A stretch of DNA of 63,148 nt, filler included, from Octopus bimaculoides (GCF_001194135.2; 4 parts of 4 records of this genome joined end to end with filler, not necessarily neighbours in it), one strand, 5' to 3'; counted from the first letter of the whole stretch, positions 1 through 14,065 are shown. The notes: generated from the sequence alone by a model not told the origin. A program made the numbers and translations.

Positions 1-204
1 TTCTCTTCCAGGAATCAACCATTTCCAGACAGTCTGGATTACACCAATTCTAAGTCCATTGCCAGGTTTTTCTTAAGAAGAAAACTAGGTGGAGGAGGGG
101 CCGGCTGCTCCACAGAGAAGTATTTTGGCAAATATTTACACTCATAGCTGGGATCGCTCACCCAAGTTTTAAACGAACGTACACGTGTGTGTGTGTTTCT
201 CTGA

Positions 205-247
<43 letters not shown>

Positions 248-525
248 TGTGAGAGAGAGAGAGATTATGAGCTAGTCTGTAGGCCTGTGAGTATACTTGT
301 GTGCATGGGCTCTTATGAGCTAGCTTAGCTTATGAGTACATGTGACTTGTGTCTGTGTTATGGTGTAATGCTTGTGTGGCTAATAGATGACCTATCTATC
401 AATCTATTTATCTATACAAAAAACATCTGTGCGTGTATGTGCTTGTGTATATATGTGTACGTGCATGTGCAAGTGTGAAAGTGTATACGTCTCTCTCTCT
501 ATATATATATATATACACACACAGA

Positions 526-559
<34 letters not shown>

Positions 560-590
560 ATGCGTGCGTGCGTGCGTGCGTGCGTGTGTG

Positions 591-688
591 AAGGCGCATG
601 GCTGAGTGGTTAGGGCGTCGAGTTTACAATCGCGAGGCTGTGAGCCCTATTCCCGGACCGGGCTGCGTGTTGTGTTCTTGAGCAAGAC
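591..688 (+). mobile_element. tRNA-derived SINE family A, 5' head (truncated by N gap)
   Basis: aaggcgcatggctgagtggttaggg (A box), degenerate B box and tgtgttcttgagcaagac; similar to the heads at 3741 and 9514(-). Confidence 0.75.
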
Positions 689-1757
689 NNNNNNNNNNNN
701 NNNNNNNNNNNNNNNNNNNNNNNNNNNNNNNNNNNNNNNNNNNNNNNNNNNNNNNNNNNNNNNNNNNNNNNNNNNNNNNNNNNNNNNNNNNNNNNNNNNN
801 NNNNNNNNNNNNNNNNNNNNNNNNNNNNNNNNNNNNNNNNNNNNNNNNNNNNNNNNNNNNNNNNNNNNNNNNNNNNNNNNNNNNNNNNNNNNNNNNNNNN
901 NNNNNNNNNNNNNNNNNNNNNNNNNNNNNNNNNNNNNNNNNNNNNNNNNNNNNNNNNNNNNNNNNNNNNNNNNNNNNNNNNNNNNNNNNNNNNNNNNNNN
1001 NNNNNNNNNNNNNNNNNNNNNNNNNNNNNNNNNNNNNNNNNNNNNNNNNNNNNNNNNNNNNNNNNNNNNNNNNNNNNNNNNNNNNNNNNNNNNNNNNNNN
1101 NNNNNNNNNNNNNNNNNNNNNNNNNNNNNNNNNNNNNNNNNNNNNNNNNNNNNNNNNNNNNNNNNNNNNNNNNNNNNNNNNNNNNNNNNNNNNNNNNNNN
1201 NNNNNNNNNNNNNNNNNNNNNNNNNNNNNNNNNNNNNNNNNNNNNNNNNNNNNNNNNNNNNNNNNNNNNNNNNNNNNNNNNNNNNNNNNNNNNNNNNNNN
1301 NNNNNNNNNNNNNNNNNNNNNNNNNNNNNNNNNNNNNNNNNNNNNNNNNNNNNNNNNNNNNNNNNNNNNNNNNNNNNNNNNNNNNNNNNNNNNNNNNNNN
1401 NNNNNNNNNNNNNNNNNNNNNNNNNNNNNNNNNNNNNNNNNNNNNNNNNNNNNNNNNNNNNNNNNNNNNNNNNNNNNNNNNNNNNNNNNNNNNNNNNNNN
1501 NNNNNNNNNNNNNNNNNNNNNNNNNNNNNNNNNNGAGGAAGAAAAGGAGAGAGTATAGCAATGCAGTTTGTGCGTGTGTGAGGGATTGAATGAGGGCAGG
1601 TTTGAAAGAGCGAACTGGAAGGGAGGCAAATGAGTGAGACGAAGATGAAATCAGTAATAAGAGAGAGCTAGAGAGACAGAGAGCTAGAGAGAAAGAGAGA
1701 CTAACAGACAGACAAAGGATTTGTGTTTATGTGAAGGAGGGAAATAAAGAGAGTGTA

Positions 1758-1812
<55 letters not shown>

Positions 1813-2282
1813 GAAAACGAAGATGGAGTACAAAATACGCGTTAGAGAAAATCTGTGACACCGCGATGGCGTGAGATGGAAAAAGGCAGCAGGAATAACG
1901 AATGAAAAAGAACAGGGATATGTAAATTAGAAAGACTGTGTGAGGGAAAAAGAGAGAGAGAGATTAAAGGGAAAAAAATTAATTTAAAAAATGAATAAAA
2001 AGAGATTGGGGAAAACGAAGTCAAGCAAGGGATTTGAGACAGAGAGAGACTCAGTAAGGTATGGGAAATGGTGAGAAAGAGAAGAGCATACATGTGAGAA
2101 AGGGGCATAAGGGAAGAAAAGGAGAGAGAGAGAGAGAGAGAGAAAGAGAAAAGGGGGAACGAAAATGAAAGATGAATGGTCGAAAGGCATGCTGGGATAT
2201 TATGAGCATGGCTGCTGTCCGTTAGATGGCAGTAACGTCGAGCAAAACTAATCTGTTCTGTATTTTCACACACAAACACACG

Positions 2283-2337
<55 letters not shown>

Positions 2338-3691
2338 NNNNNNNNNNNNNNNNNNNNNNNNNNNNNNNNNNNNNNNNNNNNNNNNNNNNNNNNNNNNNNN
2401 NNNNNNNNNNNNNNNNNNNNNNNNNNNNNNNNNNNNNNNNNNNNNNNNNNNNNNNNNNNNNNNNNNNNNNNNNNNNNNNNNNNNNNNNNNNNNNNNNNNN
2501 NNNNNNNNNNNNNNNNNNNNNNNNNNNNNNNNNNNNNNNNNNNNNNNNNNNNNNNNNNNNNNNNNNNNNNNNNNNNNNNNNNNNNNNNNNNNNNNNNNNN
2601 NNNNNNNNNNNNNNNNNNNNNNNNNNNNNNNNNNNNNNNNNNNNNNNNNNNNNNNNNNNNNNNNNNNNNNNNNNNNNNNNNNNNNNNNNNNNNNNNNNNN
2701 NNNNNNNNNNNNNNNNNNNNNNNNNNNNNNNNNNNNNNNNNNNNNNNNNNNNNNNNNNNNNNNNNNNNNNNNNNNNNNNNNNNNNNNNNNNNNNNNNNNN
2801 NNNNNNNNNNNNNNNNNNNNNNNNNNNNNNNNNNNNNNNNNNNNNNNNNNNCGTGACACGCTCTCACCTACAATCAAATCGATTGTCGCGATGCAGATCG
2901 ATTAAAAGACTCTCATAATATCTCTGCGAATGTATGCATGTATATATGTTTGTACGTGTGTATATGTATATGTATATATGCATGCATGTTTCTATATGCA
3001 TATATGCGTGTATGTATGTATTCATGTATACGAATGTATGTATGCATATATGTATCTATATGCATAGCATATATATATATATAAGTATATGTATGTATGT
3101 GTATATAGGCATGTATATGTATGCATGATTCTATTTGCATGTACGTATGTGTATGTATATGTATGTATTTATGCACATATGCATACATGCCTTTCCAAAT
3201 TCAATCTGGTCACTAACAAAGTGACAACGTTTCTTTGAGACAAAACTTCCCAGGGATATACGATTATTCGAGGATAAGTTGAGTGTATATAAGGGGTGTA
3301 TATATGAATGTCCTTTCACTCACACAATAGATGTAACTATTTCTTTAATCTACGACTGTATGCGTGCATATGTGACGTATGCTCTCACGTGACTAAGTGT
3401 CCATCTGCATTTCTGGATACTCAAAAGCTTTATAAATGTTCATTGTGCCACTAATCATATGGAAATATGCATGTTTTTCTTTTCTATAAGATTTATGTAT
3501 GCATACATTACGTCTGATTGCATGAAAATGTATGTATTTATTTGTAATGGTCGCCAATAGATTTGTAGGAGACAGGCAAACTTAAAAGCATGATTCTTTT
3601 CACTGTCAATTATGGTCTTTCTCGAGCACTAGTGGATAGCGATCAAGGATATATATATATATATATATATATATANNNNNNNNNNNNNNNN

Positions 3692-3730
<39 letters not shown>

Positions 3731-3739
3731 TATATCGTT

Positions 3740-4058
3740 GAGGCGCGTAGCTTAGTGGTTAGGGTATTCGGCTCACGATTGTAAGGTCGTGAGTTCAATT
3801 CCCGGCGATGTGTTGTCCTTCAGCAAGACACTTCATTTCACGTTGATCCAGTTCACTCAGCGGGCAGAAAATGAGTAGTACCTGTATTCCAAAGGGCCAG
3901 CCTTGTCACATTCTGTCTCATGCTGAATCTTCCTGAGAACTACGTTAAGAGTACACGTGTCTGTGGAGTGCTCAGCCACTTGCACATTAATTTCACGAGC
4001 AAGTTGTTCCGTTGATCGTATCAGCTGGGACCCTCGTTGTCGTAACTGACGGAGTGCT
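3740..4058 (+). mobile_element. tRNA-derived SINE family A, near full length
   Basis: A box tagcttagtgg, B box gagttcaattcc, ccttcagcaagacactt core; 3' half (cctgtattccaaaggg...cgtaactgacggagtg) shared with 9278-9514 and 61100-61280. Confidence 0.9.
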
Positions 4059-4549
4059 CCTTTTAATATATAAGTATACATACATACATTATATATANNN
4101 NNNNNNNNNNNNNNNNNNNNNNNNNNNNNNNNNNNNNNNNNNNNNNNNNNNNNNNNNNNNNNNNNNNNNNNNNNNNNNNNNNNNNNNNNNNNNNNNNNNN
4201 NNNNNNNNNNNNNNNNNNNNNNNNNNNNNNNNNNNNNNNNNNNNNNNNNNNNNNNNNNNNNNNNNNNNNNNNNNNNNNNNNNNNNNNNNNNNNNNNNNNN
4301 NNNNNNNNNNNNNNNNNNNNNNNNNAATATTAGAGAATAAAAATTTATTCCAACCTAACAGGCAAAAATCGGTATAATATTACACCGGGTTTCCTAATAT
4401 ATAATATATATTACTAATTTAGAGACGAACTACCTCTCTTTCCACTGCATTGTTATACTCTCTCTCCCTCTTCTTTTCCTCTCTCGCTCTCTCCCCCTTC
4501 CTTTCCTCTCTCACTCTCTCCCCCTCTCTCTCTCTTTTATTTTCTTTTG

Positions 4550-4705
4550 CTAGTTATAGCCTTTGAACCGCAGCCTTAGTGGAACACGACCTCAAAGGTC
4601 TTAGTGGACGAAATTGTCTTCAGCACTTACTATTTAAATCTGGTACTTATTCTATCGTTTTCATTTTACTAAGTTACGGAAACGTAAACAAACAAACACT
4701 TCCGC
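4550..4705 (-). mobile_element. SINE family B, degenerate 3' fragment
   Basis: ggtacttattctatcg...ctaagttacgg matches the reverse complement of the family B tail. Confidence 0.55.
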
Positions 4706-5439
4706 TGCAACAGTTTTATCACACGTTCTCTTTCTCTTTCTCCCCCTCTCGCTTTCTCTGTACTGCTACAATTTTCATTATTCTTTCCTGCTGACACACA
4801 CTCACTCCTAAACTCAGTCCCTACTTCACTCTCAATCATTCCCATCCACAGGAATAAAGTGATCCGCTCCACTTTCTTTCATTTATCTAACACGACCACA
4901 TTAACAATAAATAACGTGGATGCACTTGTCAAGGGACCGCCTTGGAAGCGAAGCCGTCTTCTGAACGACCTCAGTCACTTCATATAAATGCAGTGGTCAC
5001 CAGCAAAAACAGAATTACCGAAGTATGAGCATTTATGCCCATCTTCAGTGGTCACACCGTATATGCTACACTAAGCTAAAAGCTATTGGTACAATGTCTT
5101 ATTCATCCAAGGTTTCCATGTCTCATTGAACTTTAAATCTCCACTTGAAGAGTTTCTAAGATGTGGCTTTCGTACTTTTTAAGACTCACAGTTGCCTTGC
5201 ATGAAAATTTTCCCCTTCTCCACGCCGCATATATCTCTTTCGACCTCTATCCCGTTATATCGATAGAATAAATACGAGAAAAAGTAACAGGATCTATACA
5301 ATCGACCGAAACTTTTGAAAAAGATACCCCTGTATAGCAGTGTTTAATGGATAAAACCAGTAAAGGATATAGGGGCGGTTCACTTTGATTTCCTCCTCAA
5401 ATTAAACAAGTATGTCTCAGAGTTCTGTAACCACGTCAT

Positions 5440-5660
5440 TGTTATATTCCTGACGTGGGACTAGCTTAAAACATGTATTTTTCAGTCTCTTTGATGAAAT
5501 GTCGGTCTATTGATCAAGCAAGGGCTACAGACACTCTTGTCATATTTGTAGATACATGATATCTTTGTTGGAACTGGGCAGCCGGAAATGAGATGGTCGT
5601 TTGTTACTTTATGTTGATTGGATAGTCTACAGTTAATATTATTATCGAGTTTTATTTTTA
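5440..5660 (-). mobile_element. R4/Dong-like non-LTR retrotransposon remnant (zinc knuckle to RLE start)
   Basis: Minus ORF 5482-5694 reads CRLSNQHKVTNDHLISGCPV..YKYDK, like the CRxC..ETxDHLISGCPxLA..Y..RHD knuckle; followed by NRP(D)-like residues after an apparent deletion. Confidence 0.6.
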
Positions 5661-6084
5661 TTTTGGTGAGGTCCCCCCACCCTTGGATCGTCATTGATCC
5701 CGTACAGTTACAATCGAGTTTTTCCGTTTCTACCTTTTTAATTCAGAATGTTTGTGCCGTTGTTCGCTTCCGTATTGGATTACTCCCTCCTGTATAGTCT
5801 TGCGTGATCATTCTAACAACGGGCAGATCATTCAATGGTGATTTTATGTTTTTTCTACCTATTAATTACGTTGACATGAACAAAGTCTGTTTCGTTTGCG
5901 TAAATTAGCTTCTAGCTGCTACTTTGTCGCTTCCATATTTATAGATATAAAGTTTTATTTTTATATTGCCTTGTTAAAAGAAGTCTATCTAAATGTACTT
6001 GCTTGTAAATACCTCTATAGTCACTTAATATTTCTTTCATTGTATCAATCCCCACCTCTCTTTTTATTTAGCTATTTATACTGC

Positions 6085-6129
<45 letters not shown>

Positions 6130-6269
6130 TATATACCGTGTTTCCCCGAAAATAAGACAAGGTCTTATATTAATTTTGCATGGCCGCTGTCTAATGATTG
6201 AAACAAGTAAAAGATAAAAGATTCCTAAGATATCAATTATTACCACTGTTCTTGCTGCTGATGATGTCG

Positions 6270-6520
6270 ATATTACTATTATTACTATTACAACTACTAC
6301 TACTACTACTATTATCATTACTACTACTACTATTATTATCATTACTACTACTACTATTATTATTATCATTACTACTACTACTACTATTATTATTATTATT
6401 ACTACTACTACTACTACTATTATTATTACTACTACTACTATTATTATTATTATTACTACTACTATTATTATTATCATTACTACTACTACTACTATTATTA
6501 TTATTACTATTATTATTGGT
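6270..6520. repeat. (ACT)n/(ATT)n trinucleotide microsatellite
   Basis: Direct reading; source of the poly-L/I/V/S/N ORFs. Confidence 0.95.
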
Positions 6521-6922
6521 TTTCTTGTAGCTTTTGATACTCAATAAATGCCTATGACAGGAGGACCCATATGGACAGGGAGTTAGTTAAAGGGATTGAG
6601 AAAAACGGGAAAGGTAAGCGGCGTGGAAAGAAGATTTATTTCCACAACACACAAACGCGCGCGCGCGCATGCACAACTGCAGAGTTCACTTTTCTGTCCT
6701 CACCAAATATCATTCATCTGCAACACAATACGCACGTACACAGCAGCACGACAAACAGACAGACGAACATTACCATAAGCATCACCATCTCATTTGCTAT
6801 GTATTGTCACCCATATAAAAACCTTCCCTTCATATTTGTCACTCTGAAGCTACTAAACAACACTGCCCACCCCCAACACACACAAACACTTCAAACCCCA
6901 TTGCCCCACAATCACTACCATT

Positions 6923-6953
<31 letters not shown>

Positions 6954-7301
6954 CGAAAAGGGTGTCAAATATCAACTTATAACGAGGACAATTATTACCT
7001 GAACAATCCAACCAACACTACCATTAAAATTACTACTACGACTACCCCGCACCACTACCGTTTTCATAAAAACAAAACAACCATTCGCATTACCACCATC
7101 TCCACCATCATCAAAATCACCGTTAATATCTTCACCAACACCAAATCCATCATCATTAAAAACAATCTCTACTACCAACACCAGCCATCGTCATCATCAT
7201 CCAAAGAACCTTTAGCACAACCACCAATACTTCCCGCACCACCGCCACAACAATCGTTATAACCACCATCAAAAACCGTCATCGTCCTCATCAATACCTT
7301 C

Positions 7302-7636
7302 TAGTATTTCTCAACCATTTTTTTTATCTATGGATCCCTTTGATTCCTATTTTATTCTACTGGAACTCCAGAGATATTTAATGTTCAAAAATCTCATTTT
7401 TATCATTAAATATTATTAGGAATTGTATTAATAATATTATTAGGAATTGTATTAATAATATTATTAGGAATTGTATTAAAAAATTGTTAANNNNNNNNNN
7501 TATTAATAATATTATTAGGAATTGTATTAAAAAATTGTTAAAATATTTTGTGTATTGTAGAAATATAACCAATTTATTGCGCATAGACTTTAACAACAGA
7601 ATCTTATATGGACCCCACCAGGGTTGATAACTATTG
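7302..7636. mobile_element. hAT-type MITE with internal 24-bp tandem repeat
   Basis: Degenerate TIR-like ends tagtatttctcaacc / gggttgataactattg; unit tattattaggaattgtattaataa repeated from 7411; 3' part homologous to 8430-8530. Confidence 0.5.
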
Positions 7637-8847
7637 TCCTATATGGTCACTCAACCTGCTAGAAACAACTGCAAAATCTGCTTCGAATTATACTTTATCG
7701 CTTTTTGCATTAAAAAAAAAAGCAAGATCATATTTTAGATAATGTAGTTTTAAATGTCACTCAGACTGAATGGTCATAGCTGAAATGCCTTTATATATCA
7801 GAATAGCCAACAAGAGGGCGCCACCAATAAAAACGACATATGAATTACAATAACAAGCCAATATCGTTACCAAGAGGGAGATTCAAATCGTTTTGGGTTC
7901 GGTCCCACCAGGTAGTACATTGGGTTAGTGTCATCTTCTATAATAACAAGTCAACCAAGGCCTTATACGAAAATTTTGGTAGAAGGAAACTAGTGAAAAA
8001 CCCATCACGCGCGCGCGCGTGCGTGCGTGTTTGTGCATGTACGTTTGCGTGTGTATATATTACATAAATTACAGTTTATGCAATTCGGACAAAACTCTAT
8101 CTTAATAAATGCCAAACAACAGAAATTATTTAAAAGTAAGATCTGAACTTTTCAATAAATGCATACATTTCAGAAAATATACTGACATGAAACTGGAAAC
8201 AACAAAAGCCCCCCACCCCCCTCAAAGCGTATATTTCAGTACAGTGATCCGTATTGCGAACGCACCTGATTTTAATCTGTAAGTAAACTAACTAATAAAA
8301 CTTAATCAGTACAAAACATTAAAATATATAATTCAGTTGATTGCACCGCCAACTTGAGCCAGTACAGCAGGCGTTGGTGCCATATCGTTGGGAGATGGAA
8401 CAAATACATTAACACATGCTGAAATATTTTAGTATATTGTAGAAGTCTATCCAATTTATTGCGCAAAAATTTTAACAACAAAATCTTATGTGGACTTCCA
8501 AGGACCCTAAGGACCCCAGTTGAAAACCATTCGACTAAAACCTTCGAGGCGGTGCCCCAGCATGGCCACAGTCAAATAACTGAATTAAGTACAAGATAAA
8601 TGATAAAGAACTATAATAAATGAAACGAGTTAAGCAGTAGTTCTCTGTATTGTTTCAAAAATAATAACTCGAAAACATTTTTTTTTTAAAGAACTTTCCA
8701 TGCATGAAGCACTAATATTGGTTTATTGATTTCCAGTCCACCAGGGATCTTGGGGAAATAATTGGTACGGTGGTGTTTGAATTTCCAGTGCAGTGCATTG
8801 GACGGATTCCACACATACTACGTCAATTAAATGCCACTAACGAGATG

Positions 8848-9230
8848 TAGACGAGGCTGTGTGGTTAAGAAGCTTCCTCTCCATATGGTCATCAGTTCAA
8901 TCCCACTGAACGGCACCTTGGTCAAATGTCTTCTATAGTTCCGGGCCTACCAGTGACTTGGGAATGAATTTGGGAGATGGAAACTGTGTGGAATCCCGTC
9001 ATATAAATATATATTTATTTATTTATGCCTGTATATATCGTGTGCGTGTCTGTGTTTGTGAATTCCTCCCCCGCGCCGCTTAACAATCGGTGTTGGCTTG
9101 TTTACATCCTCGCGAATTAGTAGTTCGGTAAAAGACACTTACAGAATAAGTACCAGGCTTAAAATGAATACTGAAGCCTTTAAGGCAGTGCCCCAGCATG
9201 GCCGCTGTCCAATGACTGAAACAAGTAAAA
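8848..9230 (+). mobile_element. tRNA/CORE-like SINE family B
   Basis: gtgtggttaagaagctt...ggcaccttggtcaaatgtcttct...agaataagtaccaggctt...gccccagcatggcc...tgactgaaacaagtaaaa; many copies in the window. Confidence 0.85.
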
Positions 9231-9277
9231 GGAGGAAAATAAATCTCTTGGCTTGATTAGTAACAGTACCTGACAAT

Positions 9278-9514
9278 CCGTCATTTACGACGAGGGTTCC
9301 AGTTGATCCCATCAACGGGGAACAGCCGGCTCGTAAAATTAACGTACAAGTGGCTGAGCACTCCTCAGACACACGTACCCTTAACGTAGTTCTTGGGGAG
9401 ATTCAGCGTGAAATAAAGTGTCTTGCTCAAGGACACAACGCGCCGCCGTGAATTGAACTCACGACCTTGCAATGGTGAGCCGAATGCCCGAAACCGCTAA
9501 GCCATGCGCCTTCA
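9278..9514 (-). mobile_element. SINE family A, internally deleted
   Basis: Reverse complement matches head and tail of 3740-4058 but lacks a central segment. Confidence 0.85.
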
Positions 9515-9949
9515 CTGGTTCGAATTCAGACTGTAGTAAAAGGCTGTTTAATCATCTGGTGACCACCCTGTCTCAGCATTATATGTACAAGTGCCAGACC
9601 GAATTTCCGGTACCAACAGTTCCATAACCTCACCGGATTAACCGTTTTGCCAAATCTGAGGTGGTCACCTTCCGTCTATACTCACACAAAAGCAAAAGGT
9701 CTAAAAACTTAAAAATATATAAAATAAATTTGCAGCAACAGAACAGCAGCACTAGTAGTAGTAGTAGTATTAGTAGTAGTAGTAGTGGTGGTGGTGGTGT
9801 AATAAAGTAGAATGATTGATTTTAAATTCACGTCCAATTATTGAACGTCAGTGGACCTTTTAAAATAATACCCACCACCATACTAAGGTCTCGGTAGAGT
9901 GAACCGTTTTTCGGAATTTATGAAGTTTGAAGAGAAGAGAAGTGTGTAG

Positions 9950-9990
<41 letters not shown>

Positions 9991-10180
9991 AAGAGAGAGA
10001 GAATGAGGTGTGTGTGTGTGTGTGAGAGCGAGAGAGAAACAGAGAGAAAGGCTACATGACAAAATATAAAGCACTGCTTGAAGAATGCATTCATCATTCC
10101 ACACATGTAAAAATTATGTGTTCATTTGTGCGTGCATGTGTGGGTGTACGTCTGATGTATGCGTGTGTGTATACACACAT

Positions 10181-10215
<35 letters not shown>

Positions 10216-10324
10216 CCCGTATGAGTATGTATGCTGTATGCTAGAATGCACGTGTGTGTGTACATACGTAAAAGTGTACTATAAAGCAATACAAGAAAAA
10301 CAATGATATAAAGACAGACAGACT

Positions 10325-10378
<54 letters not shown>

Positions 10379-10489
10379 AAATAAGAACAAAAGGAACAGG
10401 GAAAAGGGAAAGAGGGATGCTCTACATCTCGTAGTGGTGATGGAACTGATGGTGGTGGCGTTAGTGGTGGAGGAGGCAATTTTCGTTAA

Positions 10490-10860
10490 AATATAGATGC
10501 GGCGCGGTAACGGAGTAACTAACGATTCCTTGAGGTATTGTGTCGCCATCTTGATTTATGATATTCTTCCCATTTTTAATTATTTAAATGTATCTTGCTT
10601 GGTGTGTTGGAGAGGACTGGTGGCTAATGGGAGGTTCTTGAGGACGGTTCAATTGTGCTGCGCCGATCGTACGAGGTTCGCGTCGAACCGAGTCCGCTTC
10701 GCTCGGCGGTCCAAATTCGCTTCACTTACGATGCAAATGTCAGTTTTTGTTTATCGCTGGCGGTGGTGGTAGCGGGGATTCCCCGAGCTGTAATGGATGT
10801 GTTATTAAAGACTTGATGAACATCGCAACATCACATTTATACATCCCGTTCACGCTACTA
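10490..10860 (-). promoter_or_regulatory. CpG-rich promoter/first-exon-like patch (tentative)
   Basis: High CpG density, no recognised repeat; minus strand has TATAAAT (10841-10835), GTAAGT (10729-10724) and YY1-type AAGATGGCG (10552-10544). Confidence 0.3.
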
Positions 10861-11234
10861 CCAAGTAATATTGAGGAAAATGGGTTTATGAAAGAAATTC
10901 ATATTTCATCGTTGTTTTAAAACCCGTCACTCCTAACACAGTGGTTATCATCCATAGCAATTACGTGGCGATTATTTTTCAGACAGAATATCAAGAATTT
11001 TATTTTCCAGTGTGTTCGTTTTTAAAAATGGTTGGCTACAATTTGAGGTATATTTTGGTTACTATTTCTAGCATTCACATGGAATGCTTAGTGGTTCACT
11101 TATTGCCAAAAATATCTCTTTTACGTACGTATCTAAAGGCTAATAATTGTTCCAATGATTGTTCTAACAAGGCATTCGTGTTAAGTTGGATATAAAGATT
11201 ACGTTTTGATATTATACTGCCTCCGTCGTTTCAC

Positions 11235-11616
11235 GTGGATGTGTGGTAAGAAGCTTGCTTCCCAACTCATGGCTCTGGGTTCAGTCCCACTGCATGGCTT
11301 TTGGGCAAGTGTCTTCTACTATAGCCTCGGACTGATCAAAGCTTTGTGAGTGGATTTGGTTGTAGGAAACTGAAAGAAGCCCGTCGCATATATGTATATA
11401 TATATGTGTGTGTGTATGTGTGTGTCTTTGTGTCTGTGTCTCCCCACCACCACTTGGCAACTGGTGCTGGTGTGTTAACGGCCCTTTAAGCAGCTCGGCA
11501 TAAGAACCGACAGAATAAGTACCAGGCTTTAAAAGAATAAGTAATAGCGTCGAAAGATTACCCTAAATATTCTTCAAGGCGGTGCCCCAGCACGGCCGCA
11601 GGCTAATGATCGAAAC
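11235..11616 (+). mobile_element. SINE family B
   Basis: gtgtggtaagaagcttgcttcccaa...gggcaagtgtcttctactatagcctcgg...gaaagaagcccgtcg...agaataagtaccaggc. Confidence 0.9.
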
Positions 11617-11733
11617 GAGGCTGGAAGTGTGTATTTGTGCACAGCACATTTTTACCAATCATTTCAATAATCAACAATGTGATCGATCAGAGTCACGATT
11701 CATGAAGCTTCATTTTCTAGTAAATATGTCTGG

Positions 11734-11770
<37 letters not shown>

Positions 11771-11804
11771 TGAGGGGGAGAGTCGGGAGGTACCTTCACT
11801 AAGC

Positions 11805-11856
11805 GTCCGTGGGCCGGAACCGTAAAGCCTATGCTTTACGGTTCCGGCCCACGGAC
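11805..11856. repeat. Perfect 24-bp inverted repeat with 4-nt loop
   Basis: gtccgtgggccggaaccgtaaagc-ctat-gctttacggttccggcccacggac, checked base by base. Confidence 0.95.
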
Positions 11857-12209
11857 ACTTATGGAAATTGGAGCAAAATCAGCCATATACAGCGTTAGAA
11901 ATATTCAATGAACCGAGTTTCCCAGGTAAATAATTTTGCATTAAAGCCGTCGTGCGACAATGAGATTATATAATACGAAAAGTCAATCCAGTTTATCTTA
12001 ATGTAGAGAAAACTGCGAAAAAAAACTCCATGAACATTGTTTGATGAGTACATAGTTGTGTGTTCTTGCATTTATATTCAATTTATAATATATACATTTA
12101 GGAAAGTACAAAAAATGCAAGGCAGTGTAATGGGTTAAAATGTTATCTGAGATTTAACATTTGGTTTTTGCAACATTTTCCTATTTCGTCTCTCACTTTT
12201 ATGCATGTC

Positions 12210-12248
<39 letters not shown>

Positions 12249-13186
12249 NNNNNNNNNNATATATATACACACATTAGTCATGGTTTGAGGTATAGAATGC
12301 ATGCATGCACATGTGTAAACATTCGCGCATTGTATGCAAACACATGTATAAGTTCATGTAGATATACTTGCATTTGCAGGCTTATAAAGTCACATATCTG
12401 TTTGTGCAAACTTTTTTCTCTCTCTCACACACACATATATATATACGTATGAGATATCCCACACTCATGCGTATAAATTTGCACGTAATGAACTCGGATG
12501 CTCATAAACATTGGCATGCATTTATGAGGCATTTTTACATACACATCGTGTAATATCCTCGAATGTTCTTATGAATGTGTTCCCAGCGCAAATGTACATG
12601 CATGTGCGCTTATAACACCTGTGTACACGTGCATACACATATCCCTGTAATCCATATTTATATATATTCAGAACCATACATGATCACACTTACGCGAACA
12701 CATGTATGTCTTCGTGTTCACGTTTATAAATACACATATATTCACGCATTTACACGTGCGCACGCATGCACTATACTCATGCATGTCAAAGAAATACAAG
12801 CAGGCTCGTTCGTTCTTATGAATAGCCATTGAAATGTAAGCCGAGGATAAAAAAGCAAGATGAGTCAGGTAAGTTACATTTGAAACAAAAAAAAAAAAAA
12901 GAAACGAAACGAATGAAGAAGGCGAATTACATTAAACCTATAAATTAAGTTCGATGATTGATGAATAAATCAGTGAGATAAAAACAAGATAAATCAAATC
13001 GTGATAAATAGCGATAAATGGTGAATGATGAAAGGTGATAAAAGGTGATGATAAAGGTGGTAAAATAAATTTAATAAATTGGTGCTAAAAAGAATTTGTT
13101 TTGGCACAAAAATCCATACAAAGCAAAGGAAAGAGGCATTATGTGCGTGAATATGGGGATTAGCATTCGAGTGTATTCTGCGTGAC

Positions 13187-13277
<91 letters not shown>

Positions 13278-14065
13278 GTGTGTGTGTGTGACAGTCTACA
13301 TAAACTTGTAAAAAAGGATGCATATTTATATAAACGTATACATGAATGTTCATATAATGTACGATTATGTATGCATGTGCACGTGTGCAAGCAGGAGTGT
13401 AAACAGATGCACGCCTGTGAGTTCACATACCAACATGCATGCATGTGTAATACAGGAATAGAAAATCTAACAAAAAAATACCTGTTGCAAGAAAACATTT
13501 GCTTTGAACAACAAATTGAGGATTCATCTATTCCAAAACTGAAAAATGTTCCCTAGTATTCTGTCTTTATTTTCATATTTTCTTCCCCGTCTATATCAAT
13601 TGACTTTATTATCTAACTACACACATATCTACAAACATTGCTCGTGTAACCTGTCCACGATGTTCTCTATATTAATATAAATTTGATTGTCTTTGTTGTA
13701 ATTTTCATATCGATTTAACATCGAGTGATTTTTTTCCTGATTAATATAATATCGATGAACGTTCCAATATAATCTCAACGTCACACGACTTCCTTTCGGA
13801 AAATTATTTACTCTATAATCTCTGTTATTAGCACATTTCCCACATTTTATGTTTCTGGGTCATCTTATTGCAAAGCAAGAATGACTTACACATCCTCAGG
13901 GCCTTCCCAATTAATATATTCAAACAACCATATAATATAATATACAGGAACACACACACACACACAGACTTCATATATACACACGTCCACACACACACAC
14001 ACACACGCACTTGTTCACAGCACACGTGACAGGTTTCAAGTTTCTTTATAGGTCTGTAGGTATTC

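Noticed and set aside
7411-7545. 24-bp direct repeats resembling a CRISPR array
   Set aside because: Repeats are directly adjacent with no unique spacers, the context is eukaryotic, and they sit inside a MITE.
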